From Octopus sinensis (Eukaryota), in the NCBI RefSeq assembly GCF_006345805.1, contig NC_043007.1, positions 44,082,001 through 44,146,000 on the forward strand: 64,000 bases of DNA, given 5' to 3'. Positions within the stretch are counted from its first letter, which is position 1. Each line of letters begins with the position of its first letter. The notes below the pieces were generated by a model. The model saw only the letters and a list, made by a program, of their open reading frames with translations. It did not search any database and was not told the origin of the DNA. Of this stretch, positions 1-12,000 are shown piece after piece. The position numbers and the translations under genes were made by a program.

Positions 1-35
1 ATATACATAGCCTAATACTGTTTGTCCAATTCTGC

Positions 36-74
<39 letters not shown>

Positions 75-715
75 GCGTGGTGTACATGTGTGTGTATGTG
101 GTGTGTGCATGTGCACATAACTGTACCTATGTCTGCATGTTTTGTGTTTGTTTATTACAGCTTAGCAATCAGCACTGGTTTGTGTATGTACACATGACTT
201 AGCAGTTCAGCAAAATAAGAGCAATAGAATAAATGCCAGATTTAAAAAATACTAGTGTTTATCTCATTGGCTAAACCTTCAAGGTGATGCTCCAGCATGG
301 TGTCAATCCAATGACTGAGACAAAATAGAAGGGAAAAAAAACAATAGCAAACAATCATCTCCAAGCTTATAGAGATTGTGACATAGCTTCAAGGAGATGG
401 ATGACAGATAAGGCTGAGCTCTGGACAAAATACTTTGTAGTAATTAGTTTCATACAATTATGTTCTGAGTTAAACTTCTAGTATGGATGAAATTTTCTCT
501 TACAGCTCCAGGGTTTATGTTAATTTCTTTTCATAAGATGTGCAAGTAATTAATAATTAGAGCTAAAGAAATGTCTTACTGAGCCATAAAAGCTATTGGA
601 GTCACATTGTGTGGAATCTTGAACAAGTGTCTTTTACTATAGCACCAGGCTGACCAAAGCTATGTGAATGGATTTGGTAGATGGAAACTAAAAGCCTGTC
701 GTATATATACATACT

Positions 716-754
<39 letters not shown>

Positions 755-2249
755 ATGTATGTGTGTGTTTCTGTGTACTGTTGTATGGACATCATATGAT
801 GGTTATAAAAGAATCACTTTGTCATAAAGTCTTCTGTGTAAAGCATCTCTAGCTATGGGAAAATATTCTCTTATTAGGAAATTGATGAAGGCTGGAGACA
901 GTATGGGCATCCAGCAATAGAAAATTTGCTTCAATAAATTCTGTCTGACCCATGCAAGCAGGGAAAAGTAGTTGTTCAATGATGATGATAAGTAGACTTA
1001 AATTGTTAAATGTTTCTTCATCCATCCCTCTGACAGATTACCATTAGTGTAAATAATATAAACAGTATGGAATATAGTTAGAAAGTTAATTTATTGATCA
1101 TCATCATCATTTAACATCCATCTTCTATGCATGCATAGGTAGGATGTTTGACAGGAGCCAGCCAGGTAAAAAAACTACTGTGTCTATTTTGGTAGGGTTT
1201 TTATGGCTGGATGCCCTTCCTAACACCAACCACTCTGTAAATTCTCCAAAATTAAAGTGTTTTAACAAAGTGAAATGAAGTGAAGAACTGATATAATCAT
1301 CATCATTTAACGTCCATTTTCCATGCTGGAATGGGTTGAATGGTTTGATTGAAAATTGGTAAGCTGGGGAGCTGCATCAGGTTCCAATCTGATTTGGCAT
1401 GGTTTCTATGGCTGGTTACCCTTCCTAATATCAACCATTCCAAGAGTGTAGTGAGTGCTTTTTACATGCCACCAGCACAGGTGCCCGTTATATAACACTG
1501 GCATCAGCTACAATCACAATCTCACTTAGCTTGACAGGTTTTCTCAAGAACAGTATATTGTCAAAGATTTCAGTCACTTTTTATTGCCTATAAATTAAAT
1601 TTGTAGATCTTAAGAGAAACAGCAGAAAGTTTATCATGCAGCAAAAACAATTACTACAGGTTGTATATTTACACTGAAGGACATAATGCAACCATTATTA
1701 TAACTTTTTTTAACATCATCCAATCCATTCTGGTATGAATTGTATAGGAAATCATGGCCTATGTCTATCTTTGTTCAGAGTTACTACCTTCCTCATGAAT
1801 TAGTAGACCATGTCTTGTTTGTACGTCTCAATTTTTGGCCAAGATTCTACAACAGGATGCCCTTCCTAATGCTAACCCCTTTCCAAAGTGTACAGGGTGC
1901 ATTTTATAGTCACACTAGGATTAGAAAATCTGTCCTATCATTGGCTCCTCTCAGCCCTATATTGTCATAGTAATAACTAAATAAATGTGAAGTGGTGAAT
2001 GCAGATTCAGTAGAGCATCAGACAAAGTATCTTGTGGTACTTGATTTATTTCCCATTCTATTCTATGTTTGAATCTCACCCAGGTAAACTTTGTCTTTCA
2101 TCAAAAGAGAGTCAAGTACTGCAGTTGATATATATCAACTGTATTCTTGAAGGCAGTGCTCCAGCATGACTACAATGCAACAATTGAAACCAGGAAAAGA
2201 ATAAAAGAATATATGAAATGAAAACACAAAGTACACAAGTTCAAATTAC

Positions 2250-2336
2250 CTGGCGGACAATCAAAGACACTGGTAACATGAGAGAACACAAATAATTGGA
2301 GAAAATGTAGCCGGAAGATTTTACATGTTCGATAAT
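2250..2336 (-). CDS. PUS10: Pus10 exon 4 (gene continues beyond the left edge)
   Basis: Structure is ctcttttaacag|IIEHVKSSGYIFSNYLCSLMLPVSLIVRQ|gtaatt (87 nt). It matches human VCQKVEASGFEFTSLVFSVSFPPQLSVRE. Confidence 0.88.
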
Positions 2337-3194
2337 CTGTTAAAAGAGAAAGCAACAGTTTTTGATTAGTCAGACACACAAACAAGGTCAAGGTCAAGCA
2401 AGGAGTTATTTATAGAAATGCATAAAACATGACTATTAACTCTATTGACACCAGCCCTTCATCATTTAAGATTTGTCTTCCATGCTGGGGTTGGGTGGTT
2501 TGACAGGATCCAATGAGCCAGAGGACTGCATCAAGCTCCGATATCTGCTTTGGCATGTTTTCTATAACCTGATGCCCATACTAATACTAACCATTTTACA
2601 AAGTATACTGGTGCATTTTTCATGACCATGATCAAGTTGCATGACAATATTGCAGCCATTATTTTAAGTTATTTATATTTAAATTAAAACCTTCTATCAT
2701 AACTAGAAGAACTTATTGTTATATCATGCTTATAGATTGTTATTCATTATATTTACTATTTATACACATGATTATATATTATATTATGTAAGAACCTATA
2801 TATTATATCATGAGGCTATTTGTTATATTTATATATCATATATCTGTTTATTATATATATTATATTACATAAGAACCTCTTCGTTATAATATGTTTCCTC
2901 AAACTAGTTTTAATAACATATTAGCTGTTTTACTAAATTCATCCAAAACTATTTGAAACAGAGTAATTTGTTAAAAATATGGCTTGGAAAAAGTTAATTA
3001 AGGATCACTAAGTTTGTTAATACACTCACTGGCAAATGAAATATGCAGTCATCTACAGACATGTGTGAAGCACAAGCTGTAGATGTGCATGCATGCATAA
3101 CTACATACATACATACATACCTACATATATAAGTGTGTGTGTGTGTGTGGGTATACACACACACACACACACACATATATAGAGAGAGCTATTA

Positions 3195-4060
3195 ATAGTA
3201 AATAATAATATTAGTAGCTATCCAAATCATGAACTATGTAGGAAAGTTTACGAACATATATTTAAATTTACACATATATATATAATATAATTATGGTATT
3301 GGGAAGTACCAGCTTCACTAGAAATAGGAGTCAGATGAACTCCGAAGCCACAAAGAGCTCACTTATTTAAAATGAGCATGGTGAAAAGTGGGCGGTGAAT
3401 AAAAATTATAACTCTTACATCTGTGAAGTCCACAAAAGGAATGGCAGATAACTTTGTAAAGATTTTAGGATTTATGCTAAGGGTCACTTGTCCTTCCTCA
3501 GCTAAGCCTACTGCAAAAGAAGCTCAATTTAAAGATATTCACCACACCATGCTTGCTTGTTCGTGAGAAGGCCCAAGGCACATTCTGAAACGAACTAAGT
3601 GAATAGTTTATAAGTATATAAAGATATTACTAGTAAATAATATTAGTGGCCATCCAAAGCATGAACTGTGCAAGCAAGTCTGGAACATACATATATATAT
3701 ATATAATATAATTATGGTAGTGGGAAGTACCAGCTTTGCTAGAAATAGGAGTCAGATGAACTCTGAAGCCTTCACACAAATAAGCAAGCATGGTAAGGTG
3801 AATATCTTTAAATTTAGCTCCTTTTGCAGTAGACTTAGCTGAGGAAGAACAAGTGCCCCTTAGCACAAATTCCAAAATCAATAGCAAATTATCTGCCATT
3901 CTTTTTGCGGACTTTGCAGAGGTAAGAGTTATAATTTTTAGTCACCACCCACTTTTCACCATGCTTGTTTTAAATAAGTGACCTTTCTATGGCTTCAGAG
4001 TTCATCTGACTCCTATCTCTAGTGAAGCTGGTACTTCCTAGTACCACAATTATATATATA
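3195..4060. repeat. Direct plus inverted duplication in PUS10 intron 3
   Basis: Region 3195-3350 is repeated directly at about 3630-3770. Region 3768-4060 is the diverged reverse complement of about 3283-3572. Confidence 0.85.
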
Positions 4061-4658
4061 TGCATAAATATATGTATATACGTTGCTATATATGTATATA
4101 TATGATCAGAGGCTTTCAAATTATCATCATCCCACATTCTTGTATATCCGTGTCAACACTGTCTGGTGTATCTTTTATCATCTAAGATTATAAAGTATGA
4201 TTAGTGAAAGATGCTTTTTCACTCAAGTAGGTCATGGCTGAATTTGAACTCAGAACACAAACAAATGGAATAAACAATATCCAGTTCGAACTTCTTACAC
4301 TTCTGCTAATCCATTGCTTTGAATTGGTCTTTTTCTGTTTATCAACAATGAAAGGTTGAAAGTTGATCTTGTTACGATTTGAACTCAGAGTGTAGTCAGG
4401 ACAGGTCCTGTGAAGCATTCAGTTCGCCACTCTAAAGACTTGGCCAATTAAACAAATAGATAACATAACTAGCAGGTTTATATTGACAGTAACATGATCA
4501 ACTAAACACTTGGAGGCAGTGTACCAGCATGGCCACAGTCCAATGACCAAAACCAATAAAGGAATAAAAGAACCATCAAGAACTGAGAAAGCAGCAGATA
4601 CAGACATAATGAGTCTAGAAGACCATCACACTCTAAGAGTATATTTTAACAGACTTAC

Positions 4659-4790
4659 TTTTTGTGTGAAAGCATCTGAACAGAACTGTTGAAGAATTCC
4701 TAAACAACAAATACAAATTTTCTCTGTTTCCTCAAGTTGTACTTCTGAATCTTCACCACATATTTCATGAATAAATTTCACAATCTCTGG
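4659..4790 (-). CDS. PUS10: Pus10 exon 3
   Basis: Structure is ttatttttag|PEIVKFIHEICGEDSEVQLEETEKICICCLGILQQFCSDAFTQK|gtaagt (132 nt). It matches human VCNVCLGILQEFCEKDFIKK (second CxxC). Confidence 0.92.
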
Positions 4791-5629
4791 CTAAAAATAA
4801 ACAATTAAGTTATTAAATCAATAAAATTTCAACAGGTTACAGTTATAACATGTAGAATTAATATGTGGCTAATTGGTTAAGGTACAGGGTTACCAACTCA
4901 TGGGTTGGGAGTTTAAAACCAGCACAGAACAATTTTGTTATGCAGGTAGGCAGGCAGACTTATGTGTGCATGCTAGTCTCTGCATGTCTTCATACCACTT
5001 GGGCAGCAGAGGTGTCTGCTCATGTCCTGCAGCTCAGCAGTCAAATGTGTGAAGACCAATGGAACAAGGTACTTTACTGAAAAATAAGGTTTGGCCTCAG
5101 GAAGGGCATCCAGCCATAAAAATTTCATCCAACTCATCACAGCATGGGAAAAAAAAGTGAACATAAAAAGATTGATCATGACAACCAAGATACTTAAAGT
5201 TTTGCAGCATGGAACTATTCATCATCATTGTCATCATTTAACATACATGGTTTACGCTGGCAGAAGTTGAATGACTTGGCAGTGTCCAATGGGTTTGAAG
5301 ACTATAACATACTTCAATATCTTCTTTGGCCTAGTTTCTACAGCTGGATACCCTTCCTAACACCAGCCATATTACTCATACACTGGATACTTTTTCCAAG
5401 GCTCCCAGCACTACTAAGGTTGCCTTGCAACTTGCATGACTAAGATTCCCTTTGACTGAATGGGACTGCAGTAGAGAGGAAGAGAGCTTTAGGCTGGAAG
5501 GTGATGGGTTAAAATCTGAGAGAAGGGGTCAGAACAGAAGTTTCTTGATGTAGAGGTGCTACATGGTTGCTCACATTATAAAAGAGAGGATGGGTGCCCA
5601 AGCTGGAGCAGGAAAGAGATAAAAATATT

Positions 5630-6270
5630 GATTTCAAATTTTGGCACAAGGCCAGCAATTTCGGTGGGGGGGAGTAAGTCAATTACATCAGCCCCAGTGC
5701 TCAACTGGTATTTATTTTATCGACTCTGAAATGATGAAAGGGTGGCACGTAAAAAGCACCCACTACACTCATGGAGTGGTTGGCGTTAGGAAGGGCATCC
5801 AGCCGTAGAAACACTGCCAGATTTGACTGGGCCTGATGAAGCCTTCTGGCTTCACAGACCCCAGTAGAACCGTCCAACCCATGCTAGCATGGAAAACGGA
5901 CGCTAAACGACGATGATGATGATGATGATGAAAGCTGACCTTGGCAGAATTTGAATTCAAAATGTAAGGATGAACAAAATGCCACTAAACAATTTGTCTG
6001 GTATGCTCATGATTCTGCCAGCTCTCCACTTTTAAAGAGATAAACATATTGAAATATTGGTTTCAATTTTGGTACAAGGCCAGCAATTTAGGGGAATGGG
6101 GTAAGTTGATTACATCGGCCCCAGTGCTCAACTGGTACTTATTATATCGACCCTGAAAGTATGAAAGGCAAAGTCGACCTCAGTGGAATTTGAACTCAAA
6201 ACATAAAGATGCCACTAAGAAATTTTCCTGGCATGCACACGATTTTGCCAGCTTGCAGTCTTTAAAGAGA
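5630..6270 (-). mobile_element. Two tandem tRNA-derived SINE copies, the first interrupted by an RTE-type 3' tail
   Basis: The motif ggcacaaggccagcaattt...ccccagtgctcaactggta...aatttgaa(c/t)tcaaaa occurs twice. An insertion at 5741-5924 is flanked by a duplicated atgatgaaag. Confidence 0.75.
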
Positions 6271-6327
6271 TAAAAATACTAAAATACTGAAAGCAAGAAA
6301 ACATAACTTCTATATCAGGTCACTTAC

Positions 6328-6462
6328 TTTTCTGTTTCTGTGATAAAAGTGTAACTTCTTTTCTCCCATGAAGCGAAGAACACAATAGTGACAGCAACCA
6401 ATTTTAACAAGTAACCTAGCTGCTTTCTGTACTGTTTCTTCATCATTGCTGAAGAACTCATG
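6328..6462 (-). CDS. PUS10: tRNA pseudouridine synthase Pus10, exon 2
   Basis: Structure is cttcttctatag|HEFFSNDEETVQKAARLLVKIGCCHYCVLRFMGEKKLHFYHRNRK|gtaagt (135 nt, phase 0-0). It matches the human PUS10 N-terminus (VAQLLLNTGTCPRCIFRFCG), including the first zinc-binding CxxC. Confidence 0.88.
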
Positions 6463-6704
6463 CTATAGAAGAAGATGGAATATATTGATGAAATAAATCC
6501 ACAAACATCTCAGGTCCTAAAAATAATTGCACTGAATAAAAAAAATTAAACATTTAGAAATTAAAAACAAAAAAATACTTTGTCAACGATTATTCCTTGT
6601 CTCTTCTATATGAAAATCCTTAAGACGTTGAAGGAGCACCCTTTTGTTTTTGTAGGACAATTAAAGGACAAAATTTTACATATTCACTACCAAATACATA
6701 GGCA

Positions 6705-7035
6705 CAAGAATGGCTGTGTGGTTTAGAAGCTAGCTTCTCAACCACATGGTTCCAGGTTCAGTCCCACTGCATAGCACCTTGGACAAGTGTCTTCTACTAT
6801 AGCCTCAGGCTGATCAAAGCCTTGTGAGTGGATTTGGTAAATGGAAACTGAAAGAAGCCTATCCTATATGTGAGTGTGTGTGTCCCATTACCACTTGACA
6901 ACTGGCATTGGTATGTTTACATCCCTGTGACTTAGCAGTTCAGCAAAAGAGACTGATAAAATAAGTAACAGGCTTAAAAAATAAAGTATTGGGGTCAAGT
7001 CATTCAACTAAAATTCTTCAAGAGCATACCCCAGG
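6705..7035 (+). mobile_element. tRNA-derived SINE (same family at about 46735-47150, 50740-50870, 54645-54990, 61900-62225)
   Basis: Head ggctgtgtgg..agaagc..gcttc..aaccacatggtt..ggttcagtcccactg is an A/B-box-like tRNA region. It is followed by a conserved body that recurs many times in the window. Confidence 0.8.
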
Positions 7036-8009
7036 TACACTGAAGCAATTATTCAAGCTAAGGGAAGTCACACAGAATATTAACAATGAACTTCTTGAAA
7101 TGAACATTATGCAATAAATTTTCATTATAGACATTTCTCTGTTTCAAGACACTGTATTTTGATTGGTTTATGTGAGGTGGCTGCAAACTTTTGCACATCC
7201 ATTTTTGGTGGTCATCTCACATCTTCTCCTCTCATTCAGAACCCCTACTACAAAATATAATGATTAGGTGTAGAAATGACTCCAACTAGGCCAATATTTC
7301 ATCTGTAAAAAACGCAATGTGAAACATTCACTTATAAGTTGGCAATTAATAGAAATTTACAATAGTTTAAAGTGGCTGAAGACTTTTGAACGGTACTGTA
7401 TATATGTGTGTGTGTCCCACCCTTTGCTTGACCACTGATGTTGGTTTGTTTATAACCTCAAAACTTAGCAGTTCAGCAAAGGGGGCTGATAGAATAAACT
7501 TAAAGAAAAATTTATACTGGGGCAATTTGTTCAACCAAAACCCTTTAAAGCAGTGCCTCAGCATGGTCGCAATCCAACGACTGCAACAAATAAATGATAA
7601 AAGTTGCCAAATCAAAATGCATGCGAACCATGCATGTTTGCTGCATATCTATAAGAATTTCTTAGACGATGAACGACATGCAATACTATGTACTAAACCT
7701 TAAGTATATTAGAATTTATGTTGTTAAAATTATTTAAAAATTACCAACATCTCAATTTCTATAATCATAAATATTCAAACTTTTGGCACAAGGCCAGCAA
7801 TTTTGAGGGGAGGAAGAAGTCGGTTACATTGCCCCCCACTACTGAATTGACAATCATTTTATCGACAAATCATATAAATATTAAGTTCACATCTTGCCAC
7901 AAGGGCAGTAATTTCGAGGGACATGGTAAGTCCATTACATCGACCCCAATGCTCAACAGGTACCTATATAAATATTAAAATGTGTTTTGTATTGTATGTA
8001 CATATATAC

Positions 8010-8335
8010 TGGCATACCTACACAAGGATTGCACCTAAAAAGTTCTCCTCCAAGGTACAAGTCTGGGCAAAGTTGTTTTATGGAAGACTAGCAGTCACCC
8101 ATGCATACCAGCCTCCCCTCTCCACACCATTGATGTTATCCAAAGGAAAGGCAAAGGCCGATACAACTTAGCACCAGTGACATTGCAACTCATTTCTACA
8201 GCTGAGTGAATTGGAGCAATGTGAAATAAAGTATCTTGCTCAAGAACACAACACACAGCCCAGTCCGGGAATCGAACTCACTACCTCACGATTGTGAGCC
8301 CAACTCTCTAACCACTGAGTCATGTGTCTTCATCA
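8010..8335 (-). mobile_element. SINE copy (second copy at about 47625-47915)
   Basis: Two near-identical copies of about 300 bp in the window. The right end carries a tRNA-like B box (gagttcgattccc on the minus strand). Confidence 0.7.
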
Positions 8336-9618
8336 AGAGTGTATTTATGCCTATATATTATTTATTCAAAGTTGTACATAATTAGCGAAAGATAAAATAC
8401 AAAAAAATGATGTTTTGGTTTATGATTACGCGTATCAGTAACAATAGGATAATGAAACTTGAAAATGCATCTACATACATTTGGAAAATATTTATGATAT
8501 TTATATTAAAAATATTGTTTATGTGTTTGTTTGTTTTTTTAGCTTCAAGGTTCCATTTTTAGCTCCTGCTCTTGATAAATTCAGCTCTTTGTGAACAGTG
8601 GTCAGAGGGAATCTCAACAAAGACAGTTTAGCTTGTAGAAATAGCAGTCAAATCTCTCTCAACTAACAACCTACCGTCTTGATGAAAAAAAATATGGCCC
8701 ATGATACACTAAATCTATGGGGAAAAATAGGATTAGAGACTTTTCCAGCGCATCTCCCTCGCCATTCTTCGGGGCCACGCCTTTTCCATTTTGTCTGCTG
8801 GGACCATGAGGTAGTCTGAATTACAGGAAATCGAGAGAATGTAAGAACGTCGTAGCTTACTACACGAACACATACACAGAGCTACCTCTCTAGTACCTCT
8901 CTCTTCCACTGCCGTCACAGTAAGGATGTTTTGACGGTGGACCTCCTCGATTAAAGCTGACCTCAAACTAAACAACTATAACAGTCATGTCATGTTCGAT
9001 TCCAAGATATACTTAACTGTTCTAGGACGTATATACAATTGCTCCAGCGATGACTAAATGCACCTGCAATATTTAATCTTTCACACCGATACAGGTTTAC
9101 ACATATATTTAGAAGTATGGGTTTAGTTGACTAACTTTTAACCATAAACGTGAATTTAATACAAGGTTGTTTTATTGTCTCAGAGGAATTAATGGTAAAC
9201 CGCGAAAAGTGCACGAGGTGAGCTCTCGGCGAACTGGCGTTTACAACCCAGTTGCAGTTTGTTGTTGAAACCAATTCACTTCCCTTAACTATTGGCCTGA
9301 GTGTTACAATAATCCAGTTCTCATCAATCATTTTAAAGAATAGAACTTGTGTCTCGTAAAACGAAACCAACATTAAATATATGTTATTTATAAGGTATAA
9401 ATTGGAATTCCAGGTAGGCAGTGATATCGTAGAATCGATAGCAATGAGTTTATTAGGAGAGCTTGATAAGTTCAGTTAATGCGTAGAGTGTAGACAATAA
9501 CATTTTAGGTTTTGTCCTTCGCCACAAAGTGAAGGAAAGAGAAAATGGTATTGTCGTCTGGTTTGTATCTTCGAGATAAACACTCCCGGTAGCAGAACAT
9601 CCAAAAATTTATGTATTG

Positions 9619-9937
9619 GCATAACTACAGTTTGGTGCCCCAGTCCCCAACTTTATTTCTTCATTACTTTCTAGGAAAATGTACGTTTTTTTTAAAAGAA
9701 ATTTTACACAGATACATCTTCAGGGGTCTAGATTACTATCATACTGATGAAAACTTTTGTTTTTTTTAGGAGTTTCGATCATTCTCCATATTCTGTCGTT
9801 GTTACAATTAATTTCCGTAACTTCAACATTTTACTTTTTTTTTTTGTTTTAGATTTTTGTCTCAAAATATGCAATTTTTTCTAGAAAGTTATGGGGAAAC
9901 AAAGTCAAGTAGGGGTACCAAACTGTAGTTATGCTCC
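9619..9937. mobile_element. MITE in PUS10 intron 1
   Basis: Terminal inverted repeats gcataactacagtttggt.ccc / gggtaccaaactgtagttatgc, with imperfect pairing extending about 65 bp. Confidence 0.7.
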
Positions 9938-10250
9938 TATATTTATTTTTTCATCAACGATATATATATATATATAATAAGGTGAGCATGTCCTACGTCC
10001 ACGAAACTTTGTGAAGCTGAGTCAAATTGTTGTTATGTACATACAACTCTACCAAATGTGTTGAGTGCTACTTTCGTTTGTTAATTCACTCGTGTGCATG
10101 CGCGCGTATGCATCTATATATAAACAAATTATTCTGGCAATTAACGACACGCGTAGAACTGACCTGCGAGTGCTATAATTACACTAACGTAATTTTAAAT
10201 CTTACTTGGCCAGTGACTTCAATATATGAAAAAATGAAACTAGAAGTTAC

Positions 10251-10271
10251 CTCGTCAAACAGCGATGCCAT
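10251..10271 (-). CDS. PUS10: PUS10 putative first coding exon (MASLFDE)
   Basis: The minus strand reads aacATGGCATCGCTGTTTGACGAG|gtaact, with a good Kozak context and a phase-0 donor. It joins in frame to exon 6328-6462, which has no in-frame ATG before its CxxC motif. A second in-frame donor (caa|gtaaga) lies at 10206. Confidence 0.6.
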
Positions 10272-10616
10272 GTTAGAGTGAAGGAATAAAGTAAAACTAA
10301 TGTCGCAGTGAATAACAAATAGTAATATATTTATATATTTTAAAAAGATTTATCGTCTTCTTTAAAATTTTACCGGCGCTAAAATTAATTTGGTAATAAT
10401 TTATTCTCAAAACACATTTAAATAAATTATTGATAATTATTAATTATCTGTAGATATTAACAGAATAAACATTGCAGCAGAAGACCGAGTTATAGTTTCT
10501 TCGTAAGTGTTTCATTAACTGGACTAGTTTCTGTAAATAGACATTCTTTTTTATTTAGCATTTATTATCCTTGATATTTTATTTCCCGTGCAATTTTGCA
10601 TTTAAATGAAAAAAAG
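10272..10616. promoter_or_regulatory. Probable bidirectional promoter and 5'UTRs between PUS10 and the C1orf198 homolog
   Basis: Divergent start codons sit at 10271 (-) and 10617 (+), 345 bp apart. CpG dinucleotides are visibly retained from about 8700 to 12200, unlike the flanks. A possible short 5'UTR intron lies at 10503-10558 (gtaagt...ttatttag). Confidence 0.6.
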
Positions 10617-10889
10617 ATGGAGTTCGAGAAGCAAGTTAATTCATATTTCAAAGCAAACAACTCCTTAGCTAGACGGATCGTTTTAGAACAAGAATGTATT
10701 CAAAAAATGTATTCAGATAATTGGGAGCAGATGACATGTGAAGAAAGAGAATCTTTATATAATAGTTTCGCCGTACCAGCGTCAGTTTTGGAAAAATATT
10801 CTGATGTGCCCAAAACAAGCGAATACCCTGATTCTTTCCCTAGGCATATTGTGGCGTGTGGCGAGAAAATTGTTGTAGACTACAACGAT
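10617..10889 (+). CDS. C1orf198: C1orf198 homolog (DUF4706), exon 1
   Basis: ATG at 10617 gives MEFEKQVNSYFKANNSLARRIVLEQECIQKMYSDNWEQMT...FPRHIVACGEKIVVDYND|gtgagt. This resembles human [27 protein letters not shown]...FPGLRGPTGQKVV. Confidence 0.9.
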
Positions 10890-11845
10890 GTGAGTATAAA
10901 CTCTAGTAATTGTTTATCTATCTATTCTCCCGTCCTTTCAGCAATGCATGCAGCCATTCATTCATTCGCTCATGCATGGATACACGATTATGTTAATTGT
11001 TCAGCTCAGGAACCTAAACTAATAGACGACCCTTCTTTTGATCTGTTTTAAAAGCATTCTGCTTTGCAAAAGGGTGCCTGCTCTCTGTCTGCCTCTCCGT
11101 TCACGTGCGTGTACAGGGTACAGGGAATCGAATTTCCGAAACAGTTCCGATTATCGATGTTGCACGTTCATCTTTTTTGTGCTGCTAATGCCTTTAGAGA
11201 AAATTATAAAAACCGCATTGTTTCCTCTCTTCTAAAATATAGCACGTTTGTTTTTAGTCCAAAAAATATACGTAAAATATTGGTTTCAAATTTTGACACA
11301 TGACCAGAAATTTCGGGGGAATGGGTCAGTCATTTACATCGACTCCAGGTACCTGTTTTATTGACCTCGTCTGAAGACAGACAAAATGACTCTCAGCGAT
11401 TTTGCCAGCTCACCGCTGTATATTTACATAGAATATTAAAATGAAACGCCCAAGAAAAAAGAGCACCCGAATAATAAATAATAATTTCCTCGGTTCTGAG
11501 TTCAAATTAGAACGTGACAGTCTTTGCTTTACAAACAATGTATGGAATTTCTAGATAACCATCCTATGTAAAGTGATAGCTTGTTGCCAACTTAATGTAG
11601 CAGTCCCAAGAAAGGAATAATGCTACTGCTATTTAGTTCTGTGTCCTTAAGTTTTCAAACTGGAGAGATATATATTTTTAAAAACTTATATTTGCATCTA
11701 GAATAACTGTTAGTTTTTAGTATTTACCTTCTGTCCACTAATTGCTAGAGACGTTACTCGTCTAACTGCTATGAAGTTACAAATATTTTCATACTTCAGC
11801 CTTTGGATCACAGACATGACATCTTTGTGTCTTATTTACCCTTAG

Positions 11846-12000
11846 GTAAATTTTTACAAGTGCACCCCCACGCGATTCACTAAGAAAAAAGAAATCTCGG
11901 ATTTTTCGCGTGGAATTAAGTACCCTGACCGCCTAATATGCCGCAAATCCCGTGTTTTGTTTTGGTAAAAATAGGGCGGGGGGAACTTGTAAAAATTCCT
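11846..12000. mobile_element. Small MITE-like element
   Basis: TIRs aatttttacaagtgcacccc / ggggaacttgtaaaaatt. Confidence 0.55.

Noticed and set aside
6705-6790. tRNA-like sequence
   Set aside because: It is the head of a multi-copy SINE, with no full cloverleaf.
8733-9373. Minus-strand 80-aa ORFs as PUS10 exons or a nested gene
   Set aside because: No recognisable homology, no convincing splice-site pair, and non-ATG starts.
10596-11051. 151-aa ORF as a single-exon gene
   Set aside because: The listed start is TTG. The real ATG is at 10617, and homology stops at the donor at 10890, so the remainder is intron read-through.
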